This document shows, piece after piece, positions 63,780-64,000 of a DNA stretch of 64,000 nucleotides. Positions within the stretch are counted from its first letter, which is position 1; every line of letters begins with the position of its first letter. Source of the stretch: Macrostomum lignano (lineage: Eukaryota); the NCBI GenBank assembly GCA_002269645.1, contig NIVC01000261.1:1-64000 (forward strand). The letters run 5' to 3'. A program made the translations under genes and the position numbers. The notes under the pieces are model-generated. The model was not told the DNA's origin and did not search any database. It saw only the letters and a list, made by a program, of their open reading frames with translations.

Positions 63780-64000
63780 CCCAGGACAAAAATGAAGCGA
63801 TTTCTCAAGTTGTTAATAGAGGGATTCCACGGGTGTTTAATGGGAAGATTCCCCAGGTCGTTAATGAGGGATTCCCCAGGTAGTTAATAGGGGATTCCCC
63901 AGGTGGTTTTTGGAGCGATTCCCCAGGTGGTTAATGGGAAGATTCCTCAGGTAGTTTATGGGTGATTCTCTAGGTAGTTTATGGGTGATTCTCTAGGTAG
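63780..64000. repeat. Degenerate GATTCCCCAGGTAGTTAAT-type repeat running off the window
   Basis: The motif recurs. Confidence 0.75.

Overview
This is eukaryotic (metazoan) genomic DNA: GT-AG introns, GC3-rich exons and minisatellite-packed introns. That style suggests a free-living flatworm such as Macrostomum, which is an inference only. (1) 0.5-32.6 kb is a birth-and-death tandem cluster of two small secreted-protein families. Family A is signal peptide + PAN/Apple-like domain + variable-length Thr-rich spacer + chitin-binding type-2 (CBM14/peritrophin-A)-like C-terminus. It has 3 intact copies, 3 damaged copies and 3 fragments. Family B is signal peptide + PAN-like domain + ALK/LTK-type glycine-rich domain, with no transmembrane or kinase part. 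It has 1 intact copy, 1 copy with a 1-nt frameshift and 1 orphan last exon. The cluster includes a ~5 kb segmental duplication. (2) 35.5-42.2 kb (minus strand) is a 5-exon HR96/NR1J-like nuclear receptor whose introns are each filled by a different minisatellite. (3) 43-60 kb is a transposon graveyard (hAT, mariner, MITEs, a TE-borne 37-bp satellite) with extreme CpG loss and CG->TA/CAG->TAG changes. (4) 60.3-62.7 kb is a 2-exon ZMYND10, followed by a candidate exon of a further gene. All splicing, counts and alignments were done by eye and no database searches were run.
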